Source of the DNA: Piromyces finnis finn
Lineage: Eukaryota > Fungi > Neocallimastigomycota
Direction: 5' to 3'
Assembly: GCA_002104945.1 (NCBI GenBank)
Contig: MCFH01000043.1
Span: 248,001-312,000 of the forward strand
Length of the DNA stretch: 64,000 nt
The notes beneath the pieces are model-generated. The model was not told where the DNA came from and made no database searches. It saw nothing but the letters and a program-made list of their open reading frames with translations. Position numbers and translations under genes: made by a program. Below are positions 41,315-54,749 of the stretch, in pieces (the stretch's first letter is position 1; each line of letters starts with the position of its first letter).

Positions 41315-42096
41315 TAAATTAATATATAACACTATTTTTTATGATTCAATTAATATAAAAAAATCAATTTTTATCTAGAAATAATTGTATAAATATCTAT
41401 TTACATTTATTAATTTTCTTTTAAATTAGTTGTATATGAAACATTGACATTAATCACTTTAAATAATTTATTTTTATAATCTATGTAAAAAGTTTATTTA
41501 TTTAAAATAAAATTATATATAAATATATTAATATTCTATTCATTCATATATATAAATTTTATATAGTATATATAATGAAATTACTCAATTTTTTTTTTTT
41601 AAAATTGTGGTGGTGAGAAAGTTAATTAAAAAAAGAAAGAAAAATCCATAAACCAAATTTAATTTATTTACTCAAAATAATAATGTTTTGGTGAATACTT
41701 ATTTAAATTTAATAAATGTTTTTTTTTAATAAAAAAAGGGGAAAAGGGTGAATTTTTAAAGTAGAAAATAAAAAAAAATTAATATAAAAAAAGTCTCCGT
41801 TGGTAAAAATGAAAAGTGAATTTTTATTTTTATTTTTTTTAATTTTTATATAAAAAATATAAAAAAGCGTGGTTCTTAATTATTATATTTATATATTTTT
41901 TATATTAATGAATAACATAACTAAGTAATGCTTTTTTTTATTTTATTATGCATATCAATAATTGCTGATTACTATTATTATTATTATTATGATTTATTAA
42001 ATAGATATACTTTTATTTTTTATTAAGTTATTCTATATTAAAACTATTAAAATATCAAATTTCAGATGTATTATGTATTGTTTCTTTTTTTTTTTT

Positions 42097-42207
42097 TAAA
42101 CATTTTTTTTATTTAACAGGAATACTAATAATGTTTGTTTTTATTACTACATTTAGAAATATATAACAAACATTATTAGTATTCCTGTTAAATAAAAAAA
42201 ATGTTTA
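42097..42207. repeat. Perfect 43-bp inverted repeat with a 25-nt spacer
   Basis: 42097-42139 is the exact reverse complement of 42165-42207 (checked base by base). Confidence 0.92.
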
Positions 42208-42847
42208 TTACTACATTTAGAAATATATAACAAACAAACAAATACCGACATTATATATGTTTAATATATATTTTAGAATAGGATATATAAAAAAAAACAT
42301 ATAATCTTCTTATATATTTTTAAGTTTATTTATTAAATTATATATTTAACTTTTTGTTAATAAAATTATTAAATAAATATCAGCAATAACTATAATATTA
42401 ATAATAATAATAACAAATCAATCTATTTAAAAAAAAGAAACATTATTTCAATATATATATATATATAACTTAATGCATGAAAGCTCAAGATGTGTAATTA
42501 TAATCAATTTAAAAAAAGGATTGTCATTAAAATTTTAAACCATAATATTTATTTTTTTTCCCTATAGTTTATTAGATCTAAAAATAATAAGGAGGATTGA
42601 TCACATTTTCACTAAAAATTCATTTTTTATATATAAGTAAAAGGTGCATAATAATAAGAATTATGATAATGATTTAGATTCAAGAGGATTCAATTTATTT
42701 ATTAATATATTATTATATTAAATATTTATTAATGTTCCATATATTAAAATTTTAATTTAAAGATGATTTAATTTAATCTGTCATTTTATTTGTTGTTCAT
42801 CGATTATAATAATAATAACTTAAAAAGTTATATTATTTGTTAATGCC

Positions 42848-42904
<57 letters not shown>

Positions 42905-43146
42905 TATACATAATAATAATTATATATAATAGTAGTAAATAAAGGATTTAGTATTATGTTTTTTTTATAATAAGAAAAAAATATAAATACCAAAAAAAAA
43001 ACATATCTTTTTAAAAAATAATTCATTAATATTAAAAATCATATTTTATTTATAAATTAGTTATATATCTAAAAAATAATTTATTTATTTATATATAGAA
43101 GATTTATATTTATTATATTAGATTAATATTTTAATAAAAAAAGAAA

Positions 43147-44565
43147 ATGAAATTCGTAAATACTTTCGCTTTGATGTGCTTGGCTTTTGCTTCATCAAAG
43201 GCTATGAGAAATATTCCATCCAGAGAACTTGTTAAAGAAATTAAAATTGGTTGGAATTTAGGTAATACTTTAGATGCTCATTGCTTAGATGCCTTAGATT
43301 ATGCAGAAGATCAATTAGCTTCCGAAACTTGTTGGGGAAATGTCAAGACTACACCAGAACTTTTCCAAAAGTTACACTCATTAGGTTTTAATATCTTCCG
43401 TATTCCAACAACTTGGACTGGACATTTTGGAGAAGGACCAGATTATAAAATTGATGATGCTTGGATGAAGAGAGTTCACGAAGTTGTTGATTATGCTCTT
43501 AACACTGGTAGTTTTGCCATTTTAAATATTCACCATGAAAATTGGAACTATGCTTATGCTGAAAACTTAGAACCAGCTAAAGAGATATTAGAAGCCATTT
43601 GGAAACAAATTGCAGCCGAATTTGCTAATTACGATGAACATTTAATTTTCGAAGGTATGAATGAACCAAGAAAGGTTGGTGATGCTGTTGAATGGACAGG
43701 TGGAGATCAAGAAGGATGGGATTTCGTTAATGAATTAGATAATCTTTTCTACAACACAGTTCGTGCTTCAGGAGGTAATAATGCCATTCGTCATCTTATG
43801 CTTCCACCATATGCAGCCGGAGCTTATGGAGGAGCACCAGATCATTTTATCTATCCAGAAAATGATGATAAAGTTATTGTATCAATTCATGCCTATTCTC
43901 CATACAGTTTTGCATTAGATAATGGAGAAGGTGCAGTTAGTACTTTTGAAGATGCTAGTGAAATTGACGGTACCATGGGAGAAATTAAAAAATTCTTCAT
44001 AAGCAAGAACGTTCCAGTTATTTTAGGAGAATTTGGAGCTATGAATCGTCATAATGAAGATGAACGTGCTAAATGGGCAGAATATTACATTAAAAGTGCC
44101 AAATCTATTGGAGTTCCATGTATTTTATGGGATAATGGTATTTTTGAAGGAGAAGGAGAACGTTTTGCTATCATTGATCGTTCCCAATTAAAGATTGCTT
44201 ATCCAAAATTAGTTACAGGATTAATGAGAGGATTAGGTGAATACAATTATTCTATTCCAGAATCAGATATTATTGAAATTGTTGAAGAAGAAGAACCAAG
44301 TGTTACTGAACCAACTATAGAACCAATTACTCCAACTACTACTGAACCAGTTGTTCAACAACCAACTACTAATGAACCAGTACCAAACCAAGGTGCTACT
44401 ACTCTTGTTGATCCAACTTATTTCACTTGTGGAGCTCAAGACTGGCAATGTAAATCTGAAAAATCTGACATATGTTTCAGTGAAGTTTCTAAATGCTGGG
44501 GATCAGGAAAGGATGCTGAAACCTGTACTAAAATTAGTTTTGAATGCTCCAAGATTTGGAATTAA
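43147..44565 (+). CDS. GH5 endoglucanase (copy b): catalytic domain identical to copy a, short P/T linker, six-Cys C-terminal module
   Basis: Same motifs as copy a; the protein is identical to copy a up to EPITP. Confidence 0.94.
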   Translation: MKFVNTFALMCLAFASSKAMRNIPSRELVKEIKIGWNLGNTLDAHCLDALDYAEDQLASETCWGNVKTTPELFQKLHSLGFNIFRIPTTWTGHFGEGPDYKIDDAWMKRVHEVVDYALNTGSFAILNIHHENWNYAYAENLEPAKEILEAIWKQIAAEFANYDEHLIFEGMNEPRKVGDAVEWTGGDQEGWDFVNELDNLFYNTVRASGGNNAIRHLMLPPYAAGAYGGAPDHFIYPENDDKVIVSIHAYSPYSFALDNGEGAVSTFEDASEIDGTMGEIKKFFISKNVPVILGEFGAMNRHNEDERAKWAEYYIKSAKSIGVPCILWDNGIFEGEGERFAIIDRSQLKIAYPKLVTGLMRGLGEYNYSIPESDIIEIVEEEEPSVTEPTIEPITPTTTEPVVQQPTTNEPVPNQGATTLVDPTYFTCGAQDWQCKSEKSDICFSEVSKCWGSGKDAETCTKISFECSKIWN

Positions 44566-46210
44566 TAATTTAGAAAAAGAATATTTTCTTTTATATAGTT
44601 TTTTAAATTTTTTAAAATTTTAATAGAAATAAGATGTATTTATAAGTTATTAGATATGAATATTAGTTGTATATGAATATATATCAATTTAATTTTGATA
44701 ATTAAATTAGTATATCTTTAATAAAGAAATGTATATAATTTTATTTTGATAGTAAAATTATATAAATAAAATGTAAAATATAATAAAACTAACAATAATA
44801 AATAAACAAAATGTTAAAATATATATTTAATTCATTTTAAATTTAAATAATTCTTTAATTCTAAATGGGAATAAATATATACTATTTTTTTGTGCCTAAA
44901 AGTATATATTAATATAAATAATTAAAAAAACAAATATCAAATATTTTCATGGAATAATGAGACAGACTAGTAGGTGCCTATAATATTAATATTAATTAAT
45001 TATTATCAATTTATCATTAATTTATGTTTCTTAACAAATTTCAAAAATTTTTAAAAGTTAAATATACTATTACTATAATATTAATAATAAATCACTATAT
45101 CAATTGTAATTATTTGTTTATTATTATTTTAAAAATGATTTTTTAGTAATATATATTTTAATTTCAATTAAAAAAGGATCCAAAATATAATATAACGAAT
45201 AATTATTTTAAATGTCTTTTTTTAAAAAGATATAATAATTAGTAATTTATATAGTTTAATAAAAATAGTCTGAAGTCATTAAAGTATAATAACATAGTTA
45301 TTATATAGTTACATTTCCTTTTATTTTTTTAATAAACATATTTTTTTATATATTGTTTTAATTAGATAAAGCTTATGTATGTTAAAACTAATATTAGATA
45401 TATAAAAAATTTCGAGAACAAAATTTGCTACATCTTTTTCTTTTTTTTTTTTTTTTTTTTTTTATAAATTGGTTTTAGTAGTAGAATCAACAATTCATTT
45501 TTATATTAATTATTAAGATTCATTTTTTGTTTTGAAATAAATTTTAATTAAATAATAATAATAATAGTATAAAATTGTTATTATTAATATTTTATAACTA
45601 TTATTATTATTAATGTTTTGCTGCGTTAAAGTTTAAAACAAACAAACAAACAAACACACAATTACATAAGGTTAAAATATAAAGTTTGAAAAAAAAAATA
45701 AACATTTCTGACTGAAATGAGCAGTAAATAAAAAATTATAATAAATATACTTTTTTTTTTTTTATTTTTAACTTAATTTTTTTTAAACATAAAACTTTAA
45801 ATAATAATAAAAAATTTATTTTATTTGAATTTGAAATAGTTAAGAATGAAAAATTTTATTTTAAAAATATATAAAAAATTTTATAGAAAGTAGAATATTA
45901 GAAATATAATAGTAGTAGTAGTACTATTTATAATTATTTGTATATATATATATATTTATAAAGAAATTGTAAAAGTAATTATATAAGTAATAATAGAGAA
46001 AAAGAAAATAATAATTTAATATTAATACATCATAAAAATATTTCGATTAAAAATCATTTTTATTTTAAGAGAAGAAAAAAAAAATTATAATTATTTTAAA
46101 AAAATTAAAAATATTAAATATTTTATGATAGCAAAAACCTTTATATAAATACTTTGAAATAAATAATAAGAAGATATTAAGAAGTTTATAATAAAATAAC
46201 ATATTATAAA

Positions 46211-49200
46211 ATGAAACTAAAGAGAATGTAAATATCTAAAAGTTGAATACTTTTTATTTATAATTAAATATTTATTAATAAATAGAGATATGTCACGTCA
46301 TTATTTATATATAATAAATTATATAATAAATTAATAAACTAATTATTATTTTATTGATTTTAAATATATTAAAAAATATCTATATTTAGAATAAGTATTT
46401 TTATTTTAATCTTTTCGTTATTCATATTAAAAGTTAAATCGGATGGATTAGTAGAATGTGCAAAGTGTCATGAAGGTCACAACGATCAAGCAGAATGTGA
46501 TGGAAATAAATATTGTTATGATGACACTACAAAGACTATTAAGTCTGTAACCGCAAAAATAGAAGGATCAGTTGAATTTGGTAAAAGTGGTAAACCTTCA
46601 GGAAATTTTTTCTTTAATGGTGGTAAACTTGTTACAAATGAATCTGATGGTGACAATATTGATATTGGATATATATGTAATTCATCTGGTTGTAATGAAA
46701 TATCATTAGAAACTGATGATGAAGAGACATATATTAATTCTAAAGCAGCTAGTTTATCATGTGCATATATATTAGTAGCAGCAACTTTTAAATGTAAAAA
46801 TGGTTCTTCAACGCAATCATTTTTTGATACTACTTCCAAAAAAGTATTTAGTTGTTCAAGTAGTAGATGTACATCAACTACATCAGCTGCTGGTTATTAT
46901 GTTGATTATGCTGATTATGGTGATGACTTTAAAGGGTTACGTCTCATTAATTGTAATGGAAACTCATGTGAAGTAAATACTATTACTGATGAAGAAGATA
47001 ATAGAAAAATTGAATTTTACCTTAATTCTGGATCAGATAAATCCTCTATGCCAATTATTTATTTTGATAAAGAGAAATATAAAACTATTACTGGTGATAC
47101 TACTGTAGCTTATTTAGATAACGGCACATACAGAGATAATTATTATAATAATTTAATTATTTGTACTTCCATAACAAAGTGTTCTTCTGTAGCTCATGAC
47201 TCTGGTATATTTTTAAGTCCTGCAAATAGTGCAAGTGTTAATGATAGTACCAATATAAATCAACTTATTGAATGTAGCTCAAGTGGTTGTGCAGAATTAG
47301 ATGATACTGAAATTATGGAATATATTGGAAGCAATTCTGAAAATTCATTTTATATTGATGAAATATCTAAAAACTTAATCAGTTGTATGGTAGATAACAT
47401 AGATGACGATAACAAGGTATTAAAATGTAGAATATCTAATAAAGAAATCTCAAATAAATATTATTTAGATTATTCAACATTTTCATTATCAGAAAATTGT
47501 GATACAGTAAAACATATAATGACTATTGAAACTGATGAGGAGTCTTTTTGGACTTTTTGTGGTATAAATATTATTTCTTGTGATTCATTATCAAAATGTA
47601 AATCCTCTAATATTTCAGAAGATAGTAATTTTATTGATGGTGATACTGTAAGTTTCATGTTTTATTATATTATTAAAATTAAAATTAAAAGAACAATTTT
47701 TTCAAATATATATTAAATTTTATTTTTATTAATATTAAAAAAGGGTAATAATTTAATTGTTTGTACTACTTTTGGCAGTGACTTCTTTTGTGCAGTATTA
47801 GGTGTAGAAGCATTAGGTTTAAGTAACTATTATATTAATAGTGGTAATTCCGGAATTTATCCATTATTATATTGTAATGGAAATAAAAAATGTGTTGAAA
47901 AGAAAGCAAATACAAACGGGTATTATATAACTGATACTAGCGAAAAAATAAAGGAATCTCCATTAGAAATTGACAATAGTGGTTATTTAATTCACTGTAA
48001 TAGTGAAACAAAATGTGAGAAATTACTTGACGTTGCCAATGATGGCTATTATGTTAATGTTGGTAGTGTGGATACAACTAAACCTTTAATCTATTATAAT
48101 AGTGAATCATCTGAATTTGAAGAGAAAGAAACAGTAGCAAATACTTATTATTTAGATTCTTCTTCTTTAGCTTCAGGAACCTACTCAAATTTAATTTATT
48201 GTTCTTCTACCAAGAATTGTACTTCTATTATTCCTAATGATGGTTATTATATTAATGCTCCTGGTGAAGATGAAACAAATATTATTATTAAATGTGATAA
48301 AACTGGTTGTAAAACAGGTGAAAGTACCAATGAATCAATACAAAATTGTATTGTTGATAATAGTATGACATTATACGTTGGTAATTATTGCATAGGAAGA
48401 GAAAGTAATGATATTGAAACCAAGGATCTTAACTTTGTTGTTAATGATTTTGTTATTGATAATGAACCTATTGATTCTGTTAATAAAAACATTACATATG
48501 TTTCTAGTAGTGCTAACTATTATTATGTCACTGTACTTGCTAATAACTTCCCGGGTATATCAACTACAGTTACAACACTTTTCCAAGTCAAATCTAATTC
48601 TATTTCTAGAGTTGTTGATGATGCCGTATATATTATTAATTCAAGAAATGAAAAAGTTGAATCCATAAGTGGATCTGTTTCCATCGGTAATTCCTATTCA
48701 ATTTATACTTGTTCAAGTACTACTAAATTATGTATACAAGAAACTAGTTGCCCATCAGGAACCTACTTCTTTGATGAAGATAATGGTAAAGGTTATTTAT
48801 GTAGTGAAAAATCAATAATGCCTATTACAGATGAAGGTTATTATGTTGATGGTGGTTATGTGGTAAATAAGTCTCTCACTCCAGCTGTCTTAAAGTGTAA
48901 TGAATCTGGTAATTGTCAAAGATTTATTCCAACTAATACCTATTTCATTAATGCTGGTATTGACAATGATAAAAAAGCTTTAATTCATTGTTCTAATGAT
49001 CAATGTATGACTGAAGAAGCAGCCATTGGTTATTACCGTGCTGAATTTGGGGAATCTGGAATCATTGTATGTACTTCAAACACTAATTGTAAAATTTCTT
49101 CTCTTCAATACAACTATTACATTAACAGTGGAGCAGATAATAGCGTAAAGCCAATCATTGCTTGTAATAAAAATATCTATTGTAATACTAAAAAGGCTGT

Positions 49201-51490
49201 GTCTGGTTACTATCTTGTTCAAGAAAATAGTAATTTATTAATAAATTGTAAGAGTGGTATTTCATGTGAAGCTGAAGATGCTTCTGTTGGTTATTACTAC
49301 AATTCAGCTAATAATGACAACAATTCAAGTGTTGAAACCGTCATTAAATGTGTTACTTCTTCCTTCCTTAATTCTGTTGTTTGTACCACTGAAAAGAAGA
49401 ATGTTGGATTTTATGTATCTGGAGCAGAAAACAATATTTTAATTAATTGTATTGGAGGTAAATGTAAGAGTATTGTTGTTGATAATGGTATTTTCCGTTC
49501 CGCTGCCACTATTAAAACCACAGTAAGTAACAGTTCACGTGACAAATACGATGAAGAAGAAGAAATGAACCTTATTGAACACGCTGGAAGAAGTGATGAA
49601 GAAATTATTGAAATCGAAAAGGAAAGTAATGTAATGTTAGGAATGTCAGAAAAGACTCTTTATTCAAGAGCAACTAGTGGCGATGAATCTGTATCAACTC
49701 TTATTTCCTGTAATGGCGGTGTTTGTAAAGAGTTAACTGCTGAAGAATTAATGTCAATTCCAATTTGTTCTTACAACAATGAATTCTGTTACTTGGACAA
49801 TTCAAATTATATCACTTCTTCTAATAAGAATAATCTTGTTTCAAGTGTAAATGCCGGCGAATTTTGTACAGATAAATCTCGTTCTACTATTTACTTTGCT
49901 TTAGATACCATTGTAGAATATAAAGATGTTATTTCTGGTGTACTTTCTTCTTCAAGTACTTCTAGCAAAAATTGTATTAAGGCTTCTTCCCAATACGCCT
50001 CCAACTTATTCACTATTGGTAATAATATTTATCAAGTTAATGATGGTTTTATTAAAGAAGTTTATGATAGTGGTTATTACTTTATCAATGTGAAGAAAAA
50101 CATTTTAGTATATGGAAATGAAATTAAAGAATATAATGATAATAATGTTCGTTTATACAAATGTTATGATAGAGGATGTCGTATTATGGAAAAACCATCT
50201 AGCAATACTTTCTATACTGATGTCACTAAACGTATCATTAAATATACCGTTGAAGATAACAAATACTCCTTTGTTAATAAGAAAGAAAATACCTGTACCT
50301 TTGAAAATAATACATGTACCCCTAAATACGATATCGGAGAAAATGATTTCTGTATGACAGCTGAAGGTAATATTGTTGTAGCAGGTGAAAAGATTAAATC
50401 AAGAGAAACTGGTAGATGTTATATGAGTAATTCCATTTCTGAAAATGTATTAGCATTCTCGTATAACTCTGTCCTTTACCTTTTGAATAGTAATGCTGCT
50501 AATCAAGTAATTACCAGTGGTTATTACTTTGCAGAAAATAATAAATACAATAGTGCAGAATATAAGACATTTAATACCACCTCTTCTGGCATTACTCTTT
50601 ATGGATGCATTAATCAAAACTGTAAAATTTATCAACCTCAACCTGACATCTACTACTTTGATATGTTGACTAATTATTTAATTCAAAAGAAGAATGATGA
50701 ATGGATTTCACCAATAAAGGTTGGTCATCTTTTAGTTTCTATTAATCCTGAGGAAGTTTATATTTACAGCTATACCATGTCTGATAGTAAGGAACTTCTT
50801 TTAACTAAAACCAACAAAAATGGTTATTACTACACCATTGATAGAAAAATGTATAATTGCGATACTAGCATGAAAGCATGCAAAGAAATTGATGATACTG
50901 CATATATTTTAACAAACAGTAATGAATTGTATTACTGTTTAGTAGATAGTGAAGGAGAAGAAACTGAATGTACAAAGAAAATCTGTACTACTGGACAAAT
51001 CTACTATATTAAGAATGACTATTACAAATGTACTACTGGATCATTCTTTGAATTAATCAGATCAAGAAATTGTGATTATGATGAAACCGTTGTTATTAAT
51101 TTCCCAGTTATTTATGCTGATTCATTTCCAGTTAATGTTTACGATTCAATCTCTAATATTGCAGAGAAAAATCATTATGTTCCAACTAAAAAGACTAGTC
51201 GTCAATCTATTGAATCTTACCAAGGTGTTTTCACTAATTGTACCTATGATGTATATAAAGAAGACACAACTTACGACCAAATTTGTATGCAAAATTACGT
51301 AAAATTAAATCAAGATAAAGAACCAGATATTTGTTCTATAGAACATCTTGGTTATACTTACTGTACAGTTGAAGATGGAGATAATAAAGATAAGTGTAGT
51401 CCAAGTGGAGTCAATACACAAAAATCTCTTTCTATTTTAAAACTTTTAACACTCATTTTATCCACTATAATTATTTTAATTACTTATTAG
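46211..51490 (+). CDS. Fungal scaffoldin-like protein (~1673 aa, 3 exons: 46211-46227, 46390-47647, 47744-51490) with signal peptide and C-terminal GPI/TM anchor
   Basis: Splicing gives MKLKRIISIFILIFSLFILKVKS-D..., and exon phases are consistent. Many G-Y-Y-x(n)-LI-x-C-x(4-6)-C repeats match the motif described for anaerobic-fungal scaffoldins. Hydrophobic end SILKLLTLILSTIIILITY. Confidence 0.85.
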
Positions 51491-52983
51491 TTTAATGGAT
51501 ATAAAAAGAGAGTGAAAACATTTTCAAACAAATAATTAAAAAAATATTAGATTTTTAAATATACAAAAATCTATATACCATTTTTTTAACATATTAAAAT
51601 TATTTAAATTACATTTAGTTTTTTTATACATTGAGATTATTACTAATTATAAATAATATAAATTAGTTTTTTTTACATATAGTAGTAATAATAATAATAA
51701 CAACAATAATAATAATAATAATATAATAATAAATAATAATATTATTATTATTAGTTTTTTTTACATTAGTTTCTAGTTAGTATGAATTTTGATATTAATT
51801 TTAAAAGTATCAAATTAATAAGTAATGTATATTATTATATATTCAAAATTAAGTGATTTTAAATTGTAAAATAATAGTTATTTTTTTAAATAAATGATTA
51901 AAAAAATAATAAATTTATAAAAAAGTTACTGATTTAAAAATTTTAGTAAAAATAAATATGTAGATCCATCTACTATTTAAAATAATATGTTAATATGTTA
52001 ATACAGATTAAATTATCAATGCGATGATTTATAAAATATCTTTTTTTTTAAAAAGATATTTTATATAAATTATAATCAATATTATTTTGCTAAAATATGC
52101 ATTGGATATTCGTGTTGCAAAAAATACTTCAAAAACGTATGATTGTATCATTAATATAATGAAAATTTTTAAATAAAAAATAATATATTTGTGGCTAATT
52201 AGTACTAAAATATGAATGAATTGAAATATTATTGAGATTTTACAAAATAAATTAAAAAGAACTACCTATTATAATTTCCATAATAAATATATAAATTATT
52301 TTATCTTAATAGAAATGAAATAATAGTTTTAATATAGATTTTATCTATTAATAGAATTAATCAATAACTTTATTTAGGTAACAATAAGGAAAAATTTATT
52401 GAATAATAATATTATGTTTAGATTTAAAATAAATTAAAAAATCGTTATTAAAAAAAAAAAAACAAAAAAACAAGGATACAAATTAAAAAAAAAAATGTAG
52501 TTTAATAATAAGTAGATAATGAGAAAAAAACATTATTAAATTTATATTAAAAATAAAATTTGTATGATTATGTTCAGTAAGATTTTTATTATTGAAAAAT
52601 TAGGTATTATATCGTATAATTTTTCAAATTGTATTTTTAAATATTGTAATTTTACAACTTTTTTAGAGAATTATATCTCTAATTAAAATTGTTAATTTGT
52701 TAACTATTTTTCTTATTTTATCTTTATATTTAACTACTTCTTTTTAAAAAAAATAGATAAATTATATAATATAAATTATAATATTTACATAATTTACATA
52801 ATATAATATTTTGAATATAAAATGATAATAAAATACAATTCATTATATTATTTCTTTTTAATAATATATAATGTTTCTTTTTTTATTCATTATTTTATAA
52901 TTCATATTCATAATTCATATTCATTTTATTGAATTTATAAATGAATAAATACATATTTTCTTTCTATTGTACTTTATTTTTAC

Positions 52984-53067
52984 TATTGTGTAACTATAAT
53001 TCATTTAATCCTAATAAAATTTAATTTGTTATAATATAAATTAATATTTTTGAAATTCTATAAATAC
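52984..53067 (+). promoter_or_regulatory. Putative shared promoter module: TATTGTGTAAC plus TATA-like TATAAATA
   Basis: The same 11-mer occurs at 56477-56487 and 59885-59895, each followed by a CTATAAATA box upstream of a GH10 ATG. Confidence 0.45.
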
Positions 53068-53171
53068 TTTAAATTCCTTTCTTTTTATTTCTACTTTTAT
53101 CAATTTTTATTATTATATTTAATTTTATTAGAAATTAATTTATTGAAATGATACATATTATAAAAGAAAAA

Positions 53172-54749
53172 ATGAAAATAAATTATATATTATTATCAAG
53201 TTTATTATCAAGTGTTTTTGCAAGACCAAGAATTAGTAAATATTATGAAAATTGTTGGTCTGAAGAATTTAATATTCCATGTTGTCAAAATTCAGATACG
53301 TTGATCCTTAGAACCACTTATGATGGTATTTGGGGTATGGAAAATGGTGAATGGTGTGGTATTGGAAATAGAAATATTAGACCAATTGATGATTTTCCTC
53401 CTTCTCCTCCTCCAATTTTCGATATCGAAACTTTCGATGATCCTGCAGCTGAATGTGATATTTCAGATTCTATTACGGGTGATTCATTAGCTAAAGAAGC
53501 ACCTTTCCGTTTCGGTGTTGGCTTAACCGGTAGTTATTTCTATTCTTCTACAACCCTCTCTAAAACAATGCGAGAACTCATTAAATATCAATTTAATTCC
53601 ATGACTTATACCAATCTTATGAAACCTTCTTATGTTCTTGATCATGAAGCCTGTATTGAAAATGCGGCTAATGGAATAGAAGATGTTGTTTTAAACTTTT
53701 CAGGAATTGTTGATGGTTTAGATTTTGCCTATAAAAACGGAATCCATATTCGAGGACATGTTTTAGTATGGCATGCTCAAACACCAGATTGGTTCTTTAA
53801 AGTAGGATTTGATTCCGAAAATGAGCTTGTTGATCCTGCTACATTTGAATATCGTTTAGAAAGCTATATAAAGCAATATATTAGTTTTGTTCAATACAAC
53901 TATCCGGGTGTTGTTGATGTATGGGATGTTGTTAATGAAGCAGTTGAAATTGAAAACGAAACACTTTTTGATGCAAGCACAGGATGGAATACACGTGTTC
54001 TTACTCTTGATGGAAATGAAAATTTATGGTACAAGATATTAGGACCAGATTATGTTATCAAATCATTTAGACTTGCACGTAAATATGCTCTTCCAAATGT
54101 CAAATTAGTTTACAACGATTACAATACATTCCAAACATATCCACACGACAAGACACAAGCCATTATTAATCTTTTAAATATTTTAAGAGAAGAAGATTTA
54201 GTTGATGCAGTAGGTATGCAATCGTATCTTGGAGTTGAATGGCCAAGTGTTAAAGAATATGTTAGAGGATTTGAAAGATTCCATGAAGCAGGTTATGAAA
54301 TCCAAGTAACAGAATTAACGATTTCGGCACCCAGTGGAGATGATTGGTTAGAAAAGCAAGCCAAACAATATGAAGAAGTATTTTCCAAAATCATTGAATG
54401 TGTGAATGAAGGATACAATATTTCTAGTGTTACAGTTTTTGGATTACAAGATGGTTATCGATTCTATGGTTCTGATTCTACCAAGACACGTCTTTTCGAC
54501 CATGATCTTCAAAAGAAACCAAATTATCAATCTATTATGAATATTTTAAAAGAAAACAATGGAGAAGTTAACAATGATGAAATCAACAATGGAGATATCA
54601 ACAATGAAATTCCAAATGAAATTCCAAATGAACAAGAAACTTCTATTATCATTGATAATGAAAATGATGATAATGAAATAATAATTGAAGAAGATAATGC
54701 TATTGAAGTAATTAAACCAAAACCAACTATTAATGAACTAATTTTATAA
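53172..54749 (+). CDS. GH10 (copy c): signal peptide, dockerin, acidic tail
   Basis: The second ATG (53172) has an A-rich context and gives MKINYILLSSLLSSVFA, matching copies d and e. GH10 motifs as in copy a. Confidence 0.92.
   Translation: MKINYILLSSLLSSVFARPRISKYYENCWSEEFNIPCCQNSDTLILRTTYDGIWGMENGEWCGIGNRNIRPIDDFPPSPPPIFDIETFDDPAAECDISDSITGDSLAKEAPFRFGVGLTGSYFYSSTTLSKTMRELIKYQFNSMTYTNLMKPSYVLDHEACIENAANGIEDVVLNFSGIVDGLDFAYKNGIHIRGHVLVWHAQTPDWFFKVGFDSENELVDPATFEYRLESYIKQYISFVQYNYPGVVDVWDVVNEAVEIENETLFDASTGWNTRVLTLDGNENLWYKILGPDYVIKSFRLARKYALPNVKLVYNDYNTFQTYPHDKTQAIINLLNILREEDLVDAVGMQSYLGVEWPSVKEYVRGFERFHEAGYEIQVTELTISAPSGDDWLEKQAKQYEEVFSKIIECVNEGYNISSVTVFGLQDGYRFYGSDSTKTRLFDHDLQKKPNYQSIMNILKENNGEVNNDEINNGDINNEIPNEIPNEQETSIIIDNENDDNEIIIEEDNAIEVIKPKPTINELIL

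Noticed and set aside
46516-51302. Small overlapping or antisense ORFs within the scaffoldin
   Set aside because: Alternative-frame shadows of the long spliced ORF.
53148-53171. Upstream ATG given by the ORF track for GH10 copy c
   Set aside because: It adds 8 residues before a signal peptide whose start aligns with the paralogs at 53172.
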